Shown here: in pieces, positions 52,539-63,517 of the stretch | Layout of the letters: every line of letters begins with the position of its first letter | Position numbering within the stretch: position 1 is the first letter of the stretch | Assembly: GCA_963667035.1 (NCBI GenBank) | Contig: OY762964.1 | Location: 1,408,001 to 1,472,000 of the forward strand | Direction of reading: 5' to 3' | DNA from: Candidatus Cloacimonadales bacterium | Lineage (GTDB): Bacteria > Cloacimonadota > Cloacimonadia > Cloacimonadales > JAFGVF01 | Length of the DNA stretch: 64,000 bases | Program-made: the position numbers and the translations under genes | Notes under the pieces: model-generated | Seen by the model: the letters and a program-made list of their open reading frames with translations, nothing else | Told to the model about the DNA's origin: nothing | The model's database searches: none

Positions 52539-53515
52539 TTTGTACCGTCCTTGTCAAGATTGAGAAGTGGAACTAAACCCTTCAGATCATCATCCACAAC
52601 ATAAACCTTATTGACCTTAGGAAGTATTTCTTGCATTGTTTCCAAATACAATCGCTTCTTGGTTACTGTTTTCGCATTTTTATACTGGTTATAAATCTGA
52701 ACAAACTTGTCCGCATCACCTGAAGCACGATTTACTCGATTAATAGCATATCCTTCAGCTTCTTCAATTGTTCTCTTGGCTTTACCTTTTGCTTCCGGGA
52801 TAATCTTATTGTAGTTCTGCCAAGCATCATTCAGGATACGCTCTTTCTCCTGTTTGGCTGAGTTCACATCATTGAAAGCAGGTTTCACCGGATCTGGTGG
52901 ATTTACATTCTGCAAATTAATTGTATAAATCTTGATACCGGAATCATATTCATCTAAAGACTTCTGCAGTTCAATCTGGATATCATCAGCGATTTCCTTA
53001 CGACTAAGGACTATAACCTCGTCACCACTTCTGTCCCCTACAATCTGACGAGTCAACGATTCGGATAAATCACGGATAGTTTCTTCGATGTTACGTATAT
53101 TGAAAAGGTACTTCACCGGATCATTGATCCGATATTGAACAATCCACTCAACATCTGCAATATTCAAGTCACCTGTTAGCATTAGCGATTCTTGATCGTA
53201 TCCTCGAGTTGAATAAGTTGATTTAACTCCTGAAGTAATGGTCCTAAAACCAAATTCTTCCTTAAAAACATGCTTGACTCCTACTTTGGTGAGTTTATCT
53301 ACTCCAAAGGGGATTTTGAAATGAAGGCCCGGTTCGGTGGTGCTTTGGTATTTCCCAAAACGCTGAATAACTCCCACTTCTTCAGGATCAACAGTGTATA
53401 ATCCTGTAAAAATAAAGATAGCTACCGCTAGAATTATTATAATAGTAGAAACTTTTCTCGATGATAGTTTCGGTAGCTTGTCAGTATAAACTTTGATTTC
53501 TTTCAAATTGGACAT
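52535..53515 (-). CDS. hflK: FtsH modulator HflK
   Basis: MLTGDLN, PPDPVKPAFNDV, RLYLETM; start after AAGGAG. Confidence 0.93.
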   Translation of the reverse strand: MSNLKEIKVYTDKLPKLSSRKVSTIIIILAVAIFIFTGLYTVDPEEVGVIQRFGKYQSTTEPGLHFKIPFGVDKLTKVGVKHVFKEEFGFRTITSGVKSTYSTRGYDQESLMLTGDLNIADVEWIVQYRINDPVKYLFNIRNIEETIRDLSESLTRQIVGDRSGDEVIVLSRKEIADDIQIELQKSLDEYDSGIKIYTINLQNVNPPDPVKPAFNDVNSAKQEKERILNDAWQNYNKIIPEAKGKAKRTIEEAEGYAINRVNRASGDADKFVQIYNQYKNAKTVTKKRLYLETMQEILPKVNKVYVVDDDLKGLVPLLNLDKDGTK

Positions 53516-53952
53516 AAGGCTCCTTGTTTCTTTTCTTAGAAATTGTTTGATTGTTTTGCTATTCCGTTCTGCATAGAATATTGTGGTTGCCATTCCAATT
53601 CAATTATTATTTTCATGAAGAATAATGGTTAGCTCAGTTACAAAAGTATCTATTCCAATCTCTGAAAGATACTTCCAGTTTCTTAAAATAGGTTATATCA
53701 CACAATCTTATCGTCCGATACTGTCAATTGATATAATAACAGTTTCCCAAACAATAGCAAATTGTATCTACATTTAGGAGTGGTTTACTATAGGCTTCGG
53801 CGGTAGTTATAATTTTCAAAGCAATTCATGTGTATCGCATGTTATTTAAACCAGCTTTCAACTTGACATGTTTTCTTAAGGGGTATTTGTAATGATATAG
53901 ACTAAACAAAATATAAACCCGATACAGATTTAAGCAGGCACAAGGAGCAAGC

Positions 53953-55221
53953 ATGAACGATATTATCTGTCCCAATTGTAAAAAGGTTTTCAAAGTCGAT
54001 GAGGCTGGATTTGCTAATATACTTAAACAAGTACGAGATCATAAATTTGAAGAGGAGTTAAAAAGCAGATTAGCATTAGCGGATAAAGAAAAAGAAAATG
54101 CTGTTAAACTTGCTGAAGCAAAACTTAGAAATTCCTTACAAGAAAATCTCGCAAACAAAGATAGAGAGATAAGTGAATTAAAAGCCCTAAAAGAACGCGA
54201 ACTCGCTGACCAGTTAGCGAAGAAGGAATCCGAACTCGCTGAAATGAAGTCCAAAATTGAGAATGCAGAGATTGATAAAAAGCTGACTGTGTTAGAAGCG
54301 GTTAAAGCTATTGAGAAAGAGCGCGATGACCTAGCGAATAACATAAAAATCAAGGAAACCGAGAAACAGTTACTCGAAAAGTCATTAACCGAGAAGTTCT
54401 CTGCTGAGCTTAAAACAAAGGATGATATTATTAAGCTGAAAGATGAAGAGATTATTCTGCGTAAAGATATGAAGCTGAAATTATCAACAAAGATGCTTGG
54501 TGAGACATTAGAACAACATTGTGAAGCCGAGTTTAATAAGCTCCGAGCTACAGGTTTTCAAAATGCCTACTTTGAAAAAGACAATGATGCAAAGTCTGGC
54601 AACAAAGGTGATTTTATCTATAGAGAGTTAGATGAGTCCGGTAATGAGATCATTTCAATCATGTTTGAGATGAAGAATGAAGGAGATGAAACCGCAACTA
54701 AAAAGAGAAATGATGATTTCTTTGCAAAACTGGATAAAGACAGGAAAGAAAAGAAATGCGAATACGCAGTCCTTGTTTCGCTTTTAGAACTCGAAAGTGA
54801 ACTATACAATGTAGGGATTGTAGATGTATCTCACAAATTTAGTAAAATGTATGTTGTCAGACCTCAATTCTTTATTCCAATCATCACATTACTTCGGAAC
54901 GCAGCCTTGAATTCAATGAAATACAAAGCAGAGCTTAGTTTGATAAGAAATCAGAATGTGGATATCACCAACTTTGAAGAAAAAATGAATTCATTTAAGG
55001 AAGGGTTTGCAAGAAATTACGATTTAGCAAGCCGTAAGTTTAAAACAGCAATTGATGAAATCGACAAGACTATTACCCATCTACAAAAGACAAAAGACGC
55101 GTTATTATCCTCTGAAAACAACCTTCGCCTTGCTAATAATAAAGCGGAAGATCTCACGATCAAGAAGTTAACCCGTGGCAATCCAACCATGAAAGCTAAA
55201 TTTGAGGAGCTAGATAAATAA
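53953..55221 (+). CDS. DUF2130 domain coiled-coil protein
   Basis: [40 protein letters not shown]. Confidence 0.9.
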   Translation: MNDIICPNCKKVFKVDEAGFANILKQVRDHKFEEELKSRLALADKEKENAVKLAEAKLRNSLQENLANKDREISELKALKERELADQLAKKESELAEMKSKIENAEIDKKLTVLEAVKAIEKERDDLANNIKIKETEKQLLEKSLTEKFSAELKTKDDIIKLKDEEIILRKDMKLKLSTKMLGETLEQHCEAEFNKLRATGFQNAYFEKDNDAKSGNKGDFIYRELDESGNEIISIMFEMKNEGDETATKKRNDDFFAKLDKDRKEKKCEYAVLVSLLELESELYNVGIVDVSHKFSKMYVVRPQFFIPIITLLRNAALNSMKYKAELSLIRNQNVDITNFEEKMNSFKEGFARNYDLASRKFKTAIDEIDKTITHLQKTKDALLSSENNLRLANNKAEDLTIKKLTRGNPTMKAKFEELDK

Positions 55222-55524
55222 GCTACTAATTCTTAAGCATAGACTTCTTACACTCCTTTAAAACTTTAGATAGATTAGACATTCTCAAAAAAAAGTCTAT
55301 GCTACTATTTCGTGGGTTGTTTCTTCGGCATATTTATATGCTATTTAAACAACTAATCAAAGAATACTAACATGGGAGACATGCCAGAATCGCTTTATCC
55401 TCATAGTTTGTTTATCGTTAACGCTTGACACTCAATTAGTACTATAATAATCATACCTTATTATCAGAGTAAGATTCAATGTATAATTGTTAAGCAAAAT
55501 ATGCCAATATCTATTGTTGGTGAT

Positions 55525-55563
55525 ATACAACAAATACACTAGGGTGAAGTACAAACGTTTGCG
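55525..55563 (+). other. Collapsed attC-like site
   Basis: ATACAAC-aa-atacac..gtgaagtac-aaac-GTTTGCG. Confidence 0.35.
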
Positions 55564-55622
55564 ATATTTTATTGAAATAAATTGAGTATTGGTATCCAAA
55601 TAACGACCATAGGGTTAGACAA

Positions 55623-56345
55623 ATGAATATATGTAAAAAATGTAGCAATGAATTTCAAGGGAATTATTGTCCTAACTGTGGACATCCTTCAAAGTATGAA
55701 AGAATAGATGGAAGCTACCTCCTATCCGAAATTGGAAGTGTTCTAAATTTTCAAAAAGGAATTTTCCTCACGATATGGGAATTACTTATAAGACCAGGAC
55801 AAAATATTCGACAATATATATCTGAAGATAGAAGTCGACTTGTAAAACCAATCTTGTTTATATTAATCTGCTCATTGACCTATACAGTTTTTGTTCAGAT
55901 TTTTGAATTTAAGGATGGTTATATCGATTTCCAAATTGAGTTTGATAATTTAGATTCAGCAAGGAGTTTAATATTTCAATGGATAACTCAAAATTATGGT
56001 TACTCAAATATCTTAATGTCATTTTTTGTAGCTATATGGATAAAAGTATTCTATCGAAAATATCCCTATAACTTTTATGAAATTCTTATTCTGTTACTAT
56101 TCGTAAGTGGAATGGAAATGCTAATGTTCTCATTATTGGGTGCATTGGAAAGTTTAACAAAGATAAGATTTCTAAGTTATGGAGCTAACATTGTTTTAAT
56201 TTATGCTTTCTGGGCAACAGGGCAATTTTTTAATAAAAGAAAAGTATTGAATTATCTTAAAGCTCCTATTTCCTTTATTTTAGGATTGATTACTTTTATC
56301 ATAGTAGCTTTAGGGATTGGTCTGCTGATTGACTTAATGAAATAA
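55623..56345 (+). CDS. DUF3667-domain membrane protein
   Basis: CKKC..GNYCPNCG, LLIRPG, LVKP; multi-TM. Confidence 0.85.
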   Translation: MNICKKCSNEFQGNYCPNCGHPSKYERIDGSYLLSEIGSVLNFQKGIFLTIWELLIRPGQNIRQYISEDRSRLVKPILFILICSLTYTVFVQIFEFKDGYIDFQIEFDNLDSARSLIFQWITQNYGYSNILMSFFVAIWIKVFYRKYPYNFYEILILLLFVSGMEMLMFSLLGALESLTKIRFLSYGANIVLIYAFWATGQFFNKRKVLNYLKAPISFILGLITFIIVALGIGLLIDLMK

Positions 56346-56355
56346 AAAAATCTAC

Positions 56356-56447
56356 TGCGAACAAGTACATCCACGTTTCCACTGGTGAGTCGGTTCGGTC
56401 TGAATCGTCAGTTTCAGCTAGCAGTAAGAATACCAGTGATATATACT
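56356..56447 (+). other. Degenerate attC-like site (left half intact)
   Basis: TGCGAAC-aa-gtacatccac just after the stop; cactggt/accagtg stem; GC-richer than flanks. Confidence 0.45.
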
Positions 56448-56506
56448 TCAAATTTCATTAAATAAAGTATTAACTAAGTTCACAACAAAACCTAACTTCG
56501 AAATGA

Positions 56507-56532
56507 AATGGGTATCTGTCAAGATACCCATT
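56507..56532. terminator. Hairpin after the large secreted gene
   Basis: aatgggtatct/agatacccatt. Confidence 0.6.
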
Positions 56533-56556
56533 ATAACTCTCTATTATTTAAAGGAC

Positions 56557-59500
56557 TTATTTCAGTAAAACTGTTTTTCTGGTTAAAACTTCATTGTTAG
56601 TTGTCATTTTAAAGAAATAGACTCCTGACGAGACAGGTTTGTTATGGACAGTTCTTCCGTTCCATGTAACAGAATGATTACCTTTTTCCATTATTCCATC
56701 AATCAGCTTTATTATTAACTGCCCTTTCGTGTTATAAACAGAGATTTTGACATACTGTTCATTTTTTAATGAAAAAGAGCATGTTGTTGAAGGGTTAAAT
56801 GGATTGGGGTAAACACTATTAATCTCTGTAAAATAATTTAAATCTGGAGTATCATCAGGTTGGTCAGATTGTGTGATGATGATGGAAATTGGACCCAACA
56901 AAGAAGATGCTCCATCTAAATCTACACATTCAAGCCAATAAAAATACTCCATTTCGCTTTCAACATCTTCATCAACAAAACTATAGTCATGAGTAGAAGT
57001 TGTATTTGAACTTGAGATAATTGTATTGTTTACTTTGAGAAAATCTGAAGTTGAATTATTCATGTTTCTGTAAACATTGAAACCAACCAAATCAGTTTCT
57101 GATTGTGTAACCCAGTTTAGTTGAGCATTATTTTCTGCTGTAATAACAGCAGTGAAGGAAGAAAGCTCTACCGGTAGGGTTGAAGCCCCACCGCCATTAA
57201 CTGCAAACTCTTCATCACCTCTACTTGCTGAAGTCCAATCAAAAGCAACTTGTCCTTGTGTAAAGACAACATTATAAGCTGGAATAGGTACAACTTCCCA
57301 AACAGCACCGTTAAGATGTACTAATTCTGTTGGCGTAAAATTACCTTGAAAATTAAATACTATACGAGTTAGGTTTCCATTTGGAAGAGTTAATCTGAGA
57401 GCAGCTCCACAATTTGCAGGATTTGGGAGTGGTTCATCTGGTTGATCTTGAACTTGAAGGGGAACACTTAAGGCACTTACTACAGAAGCAAATGATAAGT
57501 CAACAGTAGGAGTAACATCACCGTTCCCAAAATCAATCAGTGGGAACGAAATTTGTGGAGGAGTTATTCCACTGTATCCTGTGACTTCTGCATACACTAC
57601 TTCTGCCGGTTCTTGATCAGTATTGGAAGGCTCAGGCATAACAGTAAATGACCATTCAACAGGAGATACGCAATCTCCTGCATCATTATATGGAATCACT
57701 TTCCAATATACTGTTGCTCCCCATTCTGCTATATTTAATCGTTGATGGTAAAGGATATCAGAAGTATAAGCGATAGTATTTATGAGAGTTGTTCCCTGAT
57801 AAATCTTGAAATTAGTTGGCAACTCTACTCCACTGTATCTCCAATTTACTGTTACAGTTCTTGGTCTATCTGTAGAAGAGTCCTCCGGAAAGATATTGGT
57901 CGCAGCTGTAGGCTTTTCAGCAAAAGTTTGCCATTCTAAATATGGGTATCCGTCATTCTTACCGGAATCAATTTCCCAAATTGGAGTTGAGAAATCCCAA
58001 CTTGCATCTGTAAATGTAGAAAGCAGTTTCATATCTGCATTTGATTTACCGATGCCACCATTATAACTGCTACTCTGACCGGATGTCTCAATATCCCAAA
58101 AAGAATCTGTTATGTTATCTGATGAATAATAGTTAAATGCCATAAGACCACCAGTATAATCATTACCTGTAATACTTCCACTGTTATAGGATTTAGAGAT
58201 ATTAATCGTAGCTTGTGCTCTTCCAACAAATCCTCCACTAAAACTATCTCCAAATGTTGATACTCTATTATAACAATTAGTAATTGTTAAAGTACCACCT
58301 CCGACATAACCAACAAATCCACCTGCATTTGTGTAGGATCCAGTAACCGTTCCAGTGCTGTAACAAGAAGAAATAGTTGTATTACCAGATGAGGAACCAA
58401 TGAACGCTCCAACATTACCCCAACATGTGAAGTCAACATCCACAAGCCCAAGATTTGAGATACTTGCACCATTTGTTGAAGTAAAGAAAGCTCGCCCATA
58501 TATTGCTTTATCTATGAACAAACCTGATATAATATGACCTTGTCCATCATACGAACCGGAAAATGCTATAGCTGAGAGTCCCTCTCCTCCATTCCATGTT
58601 GAACTAGCCGAAGCATCAATATCGGCAGTTTGAATGAAGTACTTATCCCAGTAATCGCTGTTTTCAGAAAAATTCTGAAGGTCGGTAAGATCAGCTATCA
58701 CATATGGGTCTCCAATAGTTCCAGAGCCACTAAACAAACTTACAAATGAAGTTGTAAAACTAATCTGATTACCATAAAATGTACCATTAGTATTCGTAAT
58801 ATAGGCTCTGACATAATATGTAGTAGATGAAGATAAGCCTGAGATATCAGATGTGAAAGATCCTGCGGATACAGCACTTCCTTCATCAGTTGATGAGTTT
58901 AGTATAGTTGGATTACCTGAAGTATTCCAACAAACGCCATGAGCTGAGATAGGTGAATCAATTGAGAGAATAGTACCATTTCCGGTAGCCGAAGTTCCTG
59001 TTATGTCTGCAACATCTTGTGTTGTTACTAAATATGTAGTTGTAAAACTAACTTGATCTCCATATATTGTACCGGTATCATCGGTAATATATGCTTTAAG
59101 ATAATAAGTTTGACCAGATTCTAAAGCGGTTATATCAGATGTAAATGCCCCAATAGTACTTGCAGACCCTTCATCGGTTGAATAATCGCTTATCGCAGGG
59201 TTTCCTGATGTATTCCAACAAACGCCATGAGCTGTTATGGAAGTGGTTCCGATAGAGGTTATGTTACCATTTCCGGTAGCCGTAGTAACAGAAATATCGG
59301 ACACCGCTTGTGTAGTAACTGTACCGGGGATTCCAGGACAAGTAACAGTATAACTAATGTTTTGTGGCGTACTTTCATATTGCCCTGATTGAGCCACAAC
59401 AACACCATTATGGTCTTTAATCTGATATTCATTTTCATAAGAGTAACTACCCGGGGAATATTGCGTTGTAATTACATCAGAGCAAATTACTGAGAATTCA

Positions 59501-60822
59501 TGAATTTGCGGACCAGTACCAGTTGAAAGAGTTAAATTAGATAAAACAACGGAACTGTTTATCAAAACACTTATTGTACCACCATTCCAGCCATCACCAT
59601 AAGAATCTTTCAATTCTATCGTCCAAGTTTGACTCACGGACGCAGTGGCTGTGAAACTAACCTGATCACCATAAGAAGTTCCACCACTATTAGTTGCATA
59701 TGCACGAACATAATAGGTTTCACCCTCTGTTAGGCCTGTTATTGATGAAGAAAAAGGTCCTGTATTAGTTGCACTTCCTTCAGTGGTATGATTATCTTCT
59801 GTAGTAGGAGTTCCTGTAGTATTCCAACATACACCATGTTCAGAAGGATTTTCTTCACCTAAGCTTGTTATATTACCATTACCAGTAGCAGTTGTAGCAT
59901 CAATACCTGACACTGCCTGTGTCGTTACGGTAGGAGGATCAATCTGCTGCCATCTATAAGCATAAACACCACCACCTTCGCTATAACCAACAAAATCTTC
60001 TATATCGTTCATGCCGCAAGCTTGCTGACTACTAGTTTGATCATATGCAAGCAAAGAGTAAGTACTCGTCGAAATTTCGTATACGAAGTTAATCTTAGCA
60101 TACCCGGAAGTTTGGTAATAGGCTAATACGTGTGTTGCATTAACTCCTTCTATATTTGTTGATTGGTACCAAGTCATCTGTGGACTGTTTGGGTCACCAT
60201 CCGCTCCATAATCAATAGATGTCCATGTTTCGCTACTGATTTTGTACATAAAGCCGGTATTAACATTGGAGTATGTGTTTCCACTGTTTCCAACTATAGA
60301 ATTTCCATAGATACTTGTAAATTTAGTGTTTAAATAGCCTGGTCTGTCTATTGTTGTCCAAGTATCAGTTCCGGAATCATATAAACAACCATGATAATTA
60401 GTCCCATCATAATAATATCCTACATAATTGTCACCATAAACTCCTAACATTTCTGTTTGGTATCCTGATGGATGATCTAATTGTGTCCATGTTACACCAT
60501 CATACATAAAACCATGTGAGATAGCACTACTATCTTTATAATAGCCTACTATATTGTTACCATCGATTCCTTGTGGATATGTAAAATCTTCTCCCGGAAA
60601 ACTAAGTGTTTGAAAACTCGCACCATTATTATTTGTCTTGTATCCGATAACTGATGTATATGACGAATTTATTGACATTCCAATAATATTGTTACCATCA
60701 ATATCGGTAGCCCAAGTGCTATCTCCGTAAAATTGGAAATATGTCATTGATTGGGCTTGTAGAAATGTTGAAAATAGGAGTATACATGCTATAATTCCAA
60801 AAAGTTTAATCTTCATTTCCAT
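56557..60822 (-). CDS. Large secreted protein: beta-propeller-like repeats, 3 FN3-like repeats, GLUG-like domain, FlgD-Ig-like C-terminus
   Basis: IDGNNIVG repeats; 3x VTTQ..HGVCWNT..YYVRAY; GSGTIGDPY; LPVELSSF; YPNPFNP. Confidence 0.85.
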   Translation of the reverse strand: MEMKIKLFGIIACILLFSTFLQAQSMTYFQFYGDSTWATDIDGNNIIGMSINSSYTSVIGYKTNNNGASFQTLSFPGEDFTYPQGIDGNNIVGYYKDSSAISHGFMYDGVTWTQLDHPSGYQTEMLGVYGDNYVGYYYDGTNYHGCLYDSGTDTWTTIDRPGYLNTKFTSIYGNSIVGNSGNTYSNVNTGFMYKISSETWTSIDYGADGDPNSPQMTWYQSTNIEGVNATHVLAYYQTSGYAKINFVYEISTSTYSLLAYDQTSSQQACGMNDIEDFVGYSEGGGVYAYRWQQIDPPTVTTQAVSGIDATTATGNGNITSLGEENPSEHGVCWNTTGTPTTEDNHTTEGSATNTGPFSSSITGLTEGETYYVRAYATNSGGTSYGDQVSFTATASVSQTWTIELKDSYGDGWNGGTISVLINSSVVLSNLTLSTGTGPQIHEFSVICSDVITTQYSPGSYSYENEYQIKDHNGVVVAQSGQYESTPQNISYTVTCPGIPGTVTTQAVSDISVTTATGNGNITSIGTTSITAHGVCWNTSGNPAISDYSTDEGSASTIGAFTSDITALESGQTYYLKAYITDDTGTIYGDQVSFTTTYLVTTQDVADITGTSATGNGTILSIDSPISAHGVCWNTSGNPTILNSSTDEGSAVSAGSFTSDISGLSSSTTYYVRAYITNTNGTFYGNQISFTTSFVSLFSGSGTIGDPYVIADLTDLQNFSENSDYWDKYFIQTADIDASASSTWNGGEGLSAIAFSGSYDGQGHIISGLFIDKAIYGRAFFTSTNGASISNLGLVDVDFTCWGNVGAFIGSSSGNTTISSCYSTGTVTGSYTNAGGFVGYVGGGTLTITNCYNRVSTFGDSFSGGFVGRAQATINISKSYNSGSITGNDYTGGLMAFNYYSSDNITDSFWDIETSGQSSSYNGGIGKSNADMKLLSTFTDASWDFSTPIWEIDSGKNDGYPYLEWQTFAEKPTAATNIFPEDSSTDRPRTVTVNWRYSGVELPTNFKIYQGTTLINTIAYTSDILYHQRLNIAEWGATVYWKVIPYNDAGDCVSPVEWSFTVMPEPSNTDQEPAEVVYAEVTGYSGITPPQISFPLIDFGNGDVTPTVDLSFASVVSALSVPLQVQDQPDEPLPNPANCGAALRLTLPNGNLTRIVFNFQGNFTPTELVHLNGAVWEVVPIPAYNVVFTQGQVAFDWTSASRGDEEFAVNGGGASTLPVELSSFTAVITAENNAQLNWVTQSETDLVGFNVYRNMNNSTSDFLKVNNTIISSSNTTSTHDYSFVDEDVESEMEYFYWLECVDLDGASSLLGPISIIITQSDQPDDTPDLNYFTEINSVYPNPFNPSTTCSFSLKNEQYVKISVYNTKGQLIIKLIDGIMEKGNHSVTWNGRTVHNKPVSSGVYFFKMTTNNEVLTRKTVLLK

Positions 60823-61305
60823 CCTCTTCTCCTTTTTTTCAAAGAATGTTAGAGTTTGCAATTGATAATATTGCAGTTATTCGTTGACTTTAAGTTTAAA
60901 ACTCATTATAATTGCGATTTGTTAGGTTGTACTTATATTTGGTTAATATAAAGATTAAGTGAATAAATTAAATCTCAGTTTCCTTTTCTTGCTATAACTA
61001 TACTTAGCGATATTTTAACCATTAATTATGTTAGTAATTAATCTATCCGGTTTTTGTTAGTTTTTGCAAATAACAATTTCTGAATCAATCTCTAATTACG
61101 AATCCTTTTTACAACGAGTTGGTACCTAATCCTTGATATACATACAACTTGTAGAATTATTATATTTTTTTGTAAAGTAGTTTTTTAATATCATTTAACA
61201 TTTTTACTTGCTGTCATTATCGCCAGTTCTTCATACATTCCATAATTATTGGAATTAAATATATTGAGTACTTTTCCGTAAATCAGAAGCATTCGAAAAA
61301 AACTA

Positions 61306-61330
61306 TGGTAAACTTATTCAGGACACTACA
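61306..61330. mobile_element. Solo IS3-type terminal IR
   Basis: tggtaaacttattcaggacactaca ends in CA; shares the ttatt(c/t)aggac core with 14134 and 50690. Confidence 0.45.
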
Positions 61331-61434
61331 CTTTAGTCAAAAAGCAGTATTACGGCAAGTATAGTGCCTAATTTATTGCATATCTTACTGCTTAGCTATT
61401 ATAGGAAAGAAATATGTTATTAGAATCGATTGCT

Positions 61435-61851
61435 TTACTCTCCAATAATTTTAACAAGTACTCTCTTACGTCTTTTGCCATCAAACTCACCGTAGAATAT
61501 CTGTTCCCAAGGTCCGAAATCAAGTTCACCGTTAGTTATTGCAACAACAACTTCTCGCCCCATGATTGTCCGTTTCAAATGAGCATCACCGTTATCTTCA
61601 AAACCATTATGATGATATCTTGAATAGGGTTTCTCCGGAGCTAATCCTTCCAACCAATTCTCAAAATCAAGGTGCAAACCCGGTTCATTATCATTAATAA
61701 ACACGGAAGCCGTAATATGCATAGCATTCACAAGGCATAATCCTTCTTTAATACCGCTTTCTCTTAAACAGTCCTCTACATCTCCAGTCATATTGATTAA
61801 CTCTCTTCTACTATCGGTTTTGAACCATAATTCTTTTCTATAACTTTTCAT
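61435..61851 (-). CDS. yjbQ: YjbQ (UPF0047) family protein
   Basis: [32 protein letters not shown]. Confidence 0.92.
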   Translation of the reverse strand: MKSYRKELWFKTDSRRELINMTGDVEDCLRESGIKEGLCLVNAMHITASVFINDNEPGLHLDFENWLEGLAPEKPYSRYHHNGFEDNGDAHLKRTIMGREVVVAITNGELDFGPWEQIFYGEFDGKRRKRVLVKIIGE

Positions 61852-62325
61852 AAAATCTCCTTTGATATAGCTGTATACCTTATACACAAATGAGCACTAT
61901 ATGTCAATACAGTATAGAAACTTATTACATGCAACTAACCTTATCGGGAATTATCATTTGTACTATCTATGATGAGTTTAGGGAACAATGTAACATCTTG
62001 GTATGCATTGACGCATAAAATGCAGTTCTAAATAATGTATAATCCGCATTGGTTATCTTTAGCTTACAAGTTCTTTTATCATGTTAGATATTAAAATTGT
62101 TTGACACAAATTTTTCTATCACTAATATTGTTTATATTATTTAATAATAAAGTGTCTATTTGTGGGAAGTTCTTGAAGGTTTGCAAAGTCTTATCTTACA
62201 GCGATAATCAGTTCCACATTGAGGAAATGACTTTTTACATTATTTAACTGCTTCCAATTATTATTCGCATCAATGATGTTATTTCATTACGGCAAAGAAT
62301 AGTTCAAACTGATTAAGGAAATAGT

Positions 62326-63294
62326 ATGAGAAAAGTACTGATTATAGTAGTATTAACACTAGTGTTTAATATTTATGCAGAAGAAATAAACCTTAAATAT
62401 TCAAGCATTGACACTTCTGAAGCACCTGAAGTAGGAGAACTCATTAATTTCTATAAGGATGCTCTGATCTTCTTTGAGAATATGGATCAGTCTAAATTTA
62501 ATAGGAAAGAAACTGTTCTATTTTTTATTAACACTTTAGATAAAAAAGAGCTTAGCAGGTTTTTGTACTTAGACTCGTATGCAACTTCCAGATATCCGGA
62601 TTTTTATGAGGAATTCATTTTTTGCAATTCAATCTTTAGCGAAGCTGTAAGTTCAGGGTTATTTACAAAAGAAGATATCTATTCTCATTCAATATATCCT
62701 AGGAGGTTTATTGAGCCATATTTTGATCAGACCAATACATCTAATACTAGATTGCCAACACTGAATGAAATAAGATTAACAATGTGGTTTAAATATGTAA
62801 CAGATAATCCTGAGTATTCTTTATTGGAGGGAACTTTCAATAAATTGGCAGTAGTTAGATTTCTAAATACTGTAGAAGTAAGCTATGAGGACCCTGTTTA
62901 CTCCCCTTTAGTTATTGCTGAATGTCTTATTATAGACTCTGAGAATACTTATGATATTGATAAGACGTTTAAAGTAGCTATTACAATGTTTGGTGAGAAG
63001 AGAGAGTTTTTAAAAGATGAATTATATTTAATCAATTATGGTTTTAATATAAAGACTAAACTTAAAAACTACCCAAATTATTCAAGTCCAGGCATTGATC
63101 CTCAAAGGCGGTTTATTAGTCATTGTCAGAGAATATATTCATTATCAAAAGATGACACAATTGAAGTATATAGACCCACACACTTTTCTTATTCATTTAA
63201 CCCTCTTGAAAATTTTGATTTCAAGACTTCCCAAGAACTAATTTCGTTCATAAATGAGTTAAGAAATAGATTAAAAGCTGGAGGTGGAAAATAA
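62326..63294 (+). CDS. Secreted hypothetical protein
   Basis: AAGGA RBS, signal peptide, 322-aa ORF. Confidence 0.7.
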   Translation: MRKVLIIVVLTLVFNIYAEEINLKYSSIDTSEAPEVGELINFYKDALIFFENMDQSKFNRKETVLFFINTLDKKELSRFLYLDSYATSRYPDFYEEFIFCNSIFSEAVSSGLFTKEDIYSHSIYPRRFIEPYFDQTNTSNTRLPTLNEIRLTMWFKYVTDNPEYSLLEGTFNKLAVVRFLNTVEVSYEDPVYSPLVIAECLIIDSENTYDIDKTFKVAITMFGEKREFLKDELYLINYGFNIKTKLKNYPNYSSPGIDPQRRFISHCQRIYSLSKDDTIEVYRPTHFSYSFNPLENFDFKTSQELISFINELRNRLKAGGGK

Positions 63295-63410
63295 AAAGAT
63301 AAGTGACAATTGCATACTTCATCTTCTTAACAGTTGTTTTATTGGGAACTACAGTTCACTATTATGATGAATCCGATTGGAATGAATCCTACACATTATA
63401 CAATACTTAG
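63291..63410 (+). pseudogene. 5' stub of a lost secreted-protein gene
   Basis: GGAGG RBS, ATA in place of ATG, IKR*VTIAYFIFLTVVLLGTTVHYYDE signal-like sequence. Confidence 0.4.
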
Positions 63411-63472
63411 CAAGATGGTGCATTTGCTCTCTTTAGCTTATAATTTCACCAAGCATGTTAAGCAAGAAATAA

Positions 63473-63493
63473 GGGGATTCGCAATGAATCCCC
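63473..63493. terminator. Hairpin between convergent genes
   Basis: ggggattc/gaatcccc. Confidence 0.6.
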
Positions 63494-63517
63494 ATTAATA
63501 TATAGATTTATGATAGT

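Noticed and set aside
55236..55303. agcatagactt/aagtctatgct inverted repeat as a MITE
   Set aside because: Single copy with no clear target duplication; may just be a long-loop terminator
58900..59900. DNA repeats in the 1434-aa gene as a DGR template/variable pair
   Set aside because: They are in-frame FN3-like domain duplications; no reverse transcriptase in the window
62160..62220. Riboswitch in the leader of the 62326 gene
   Set aside because: Only a weak gtggga/ttccac stem; no aptamer consensus recognised
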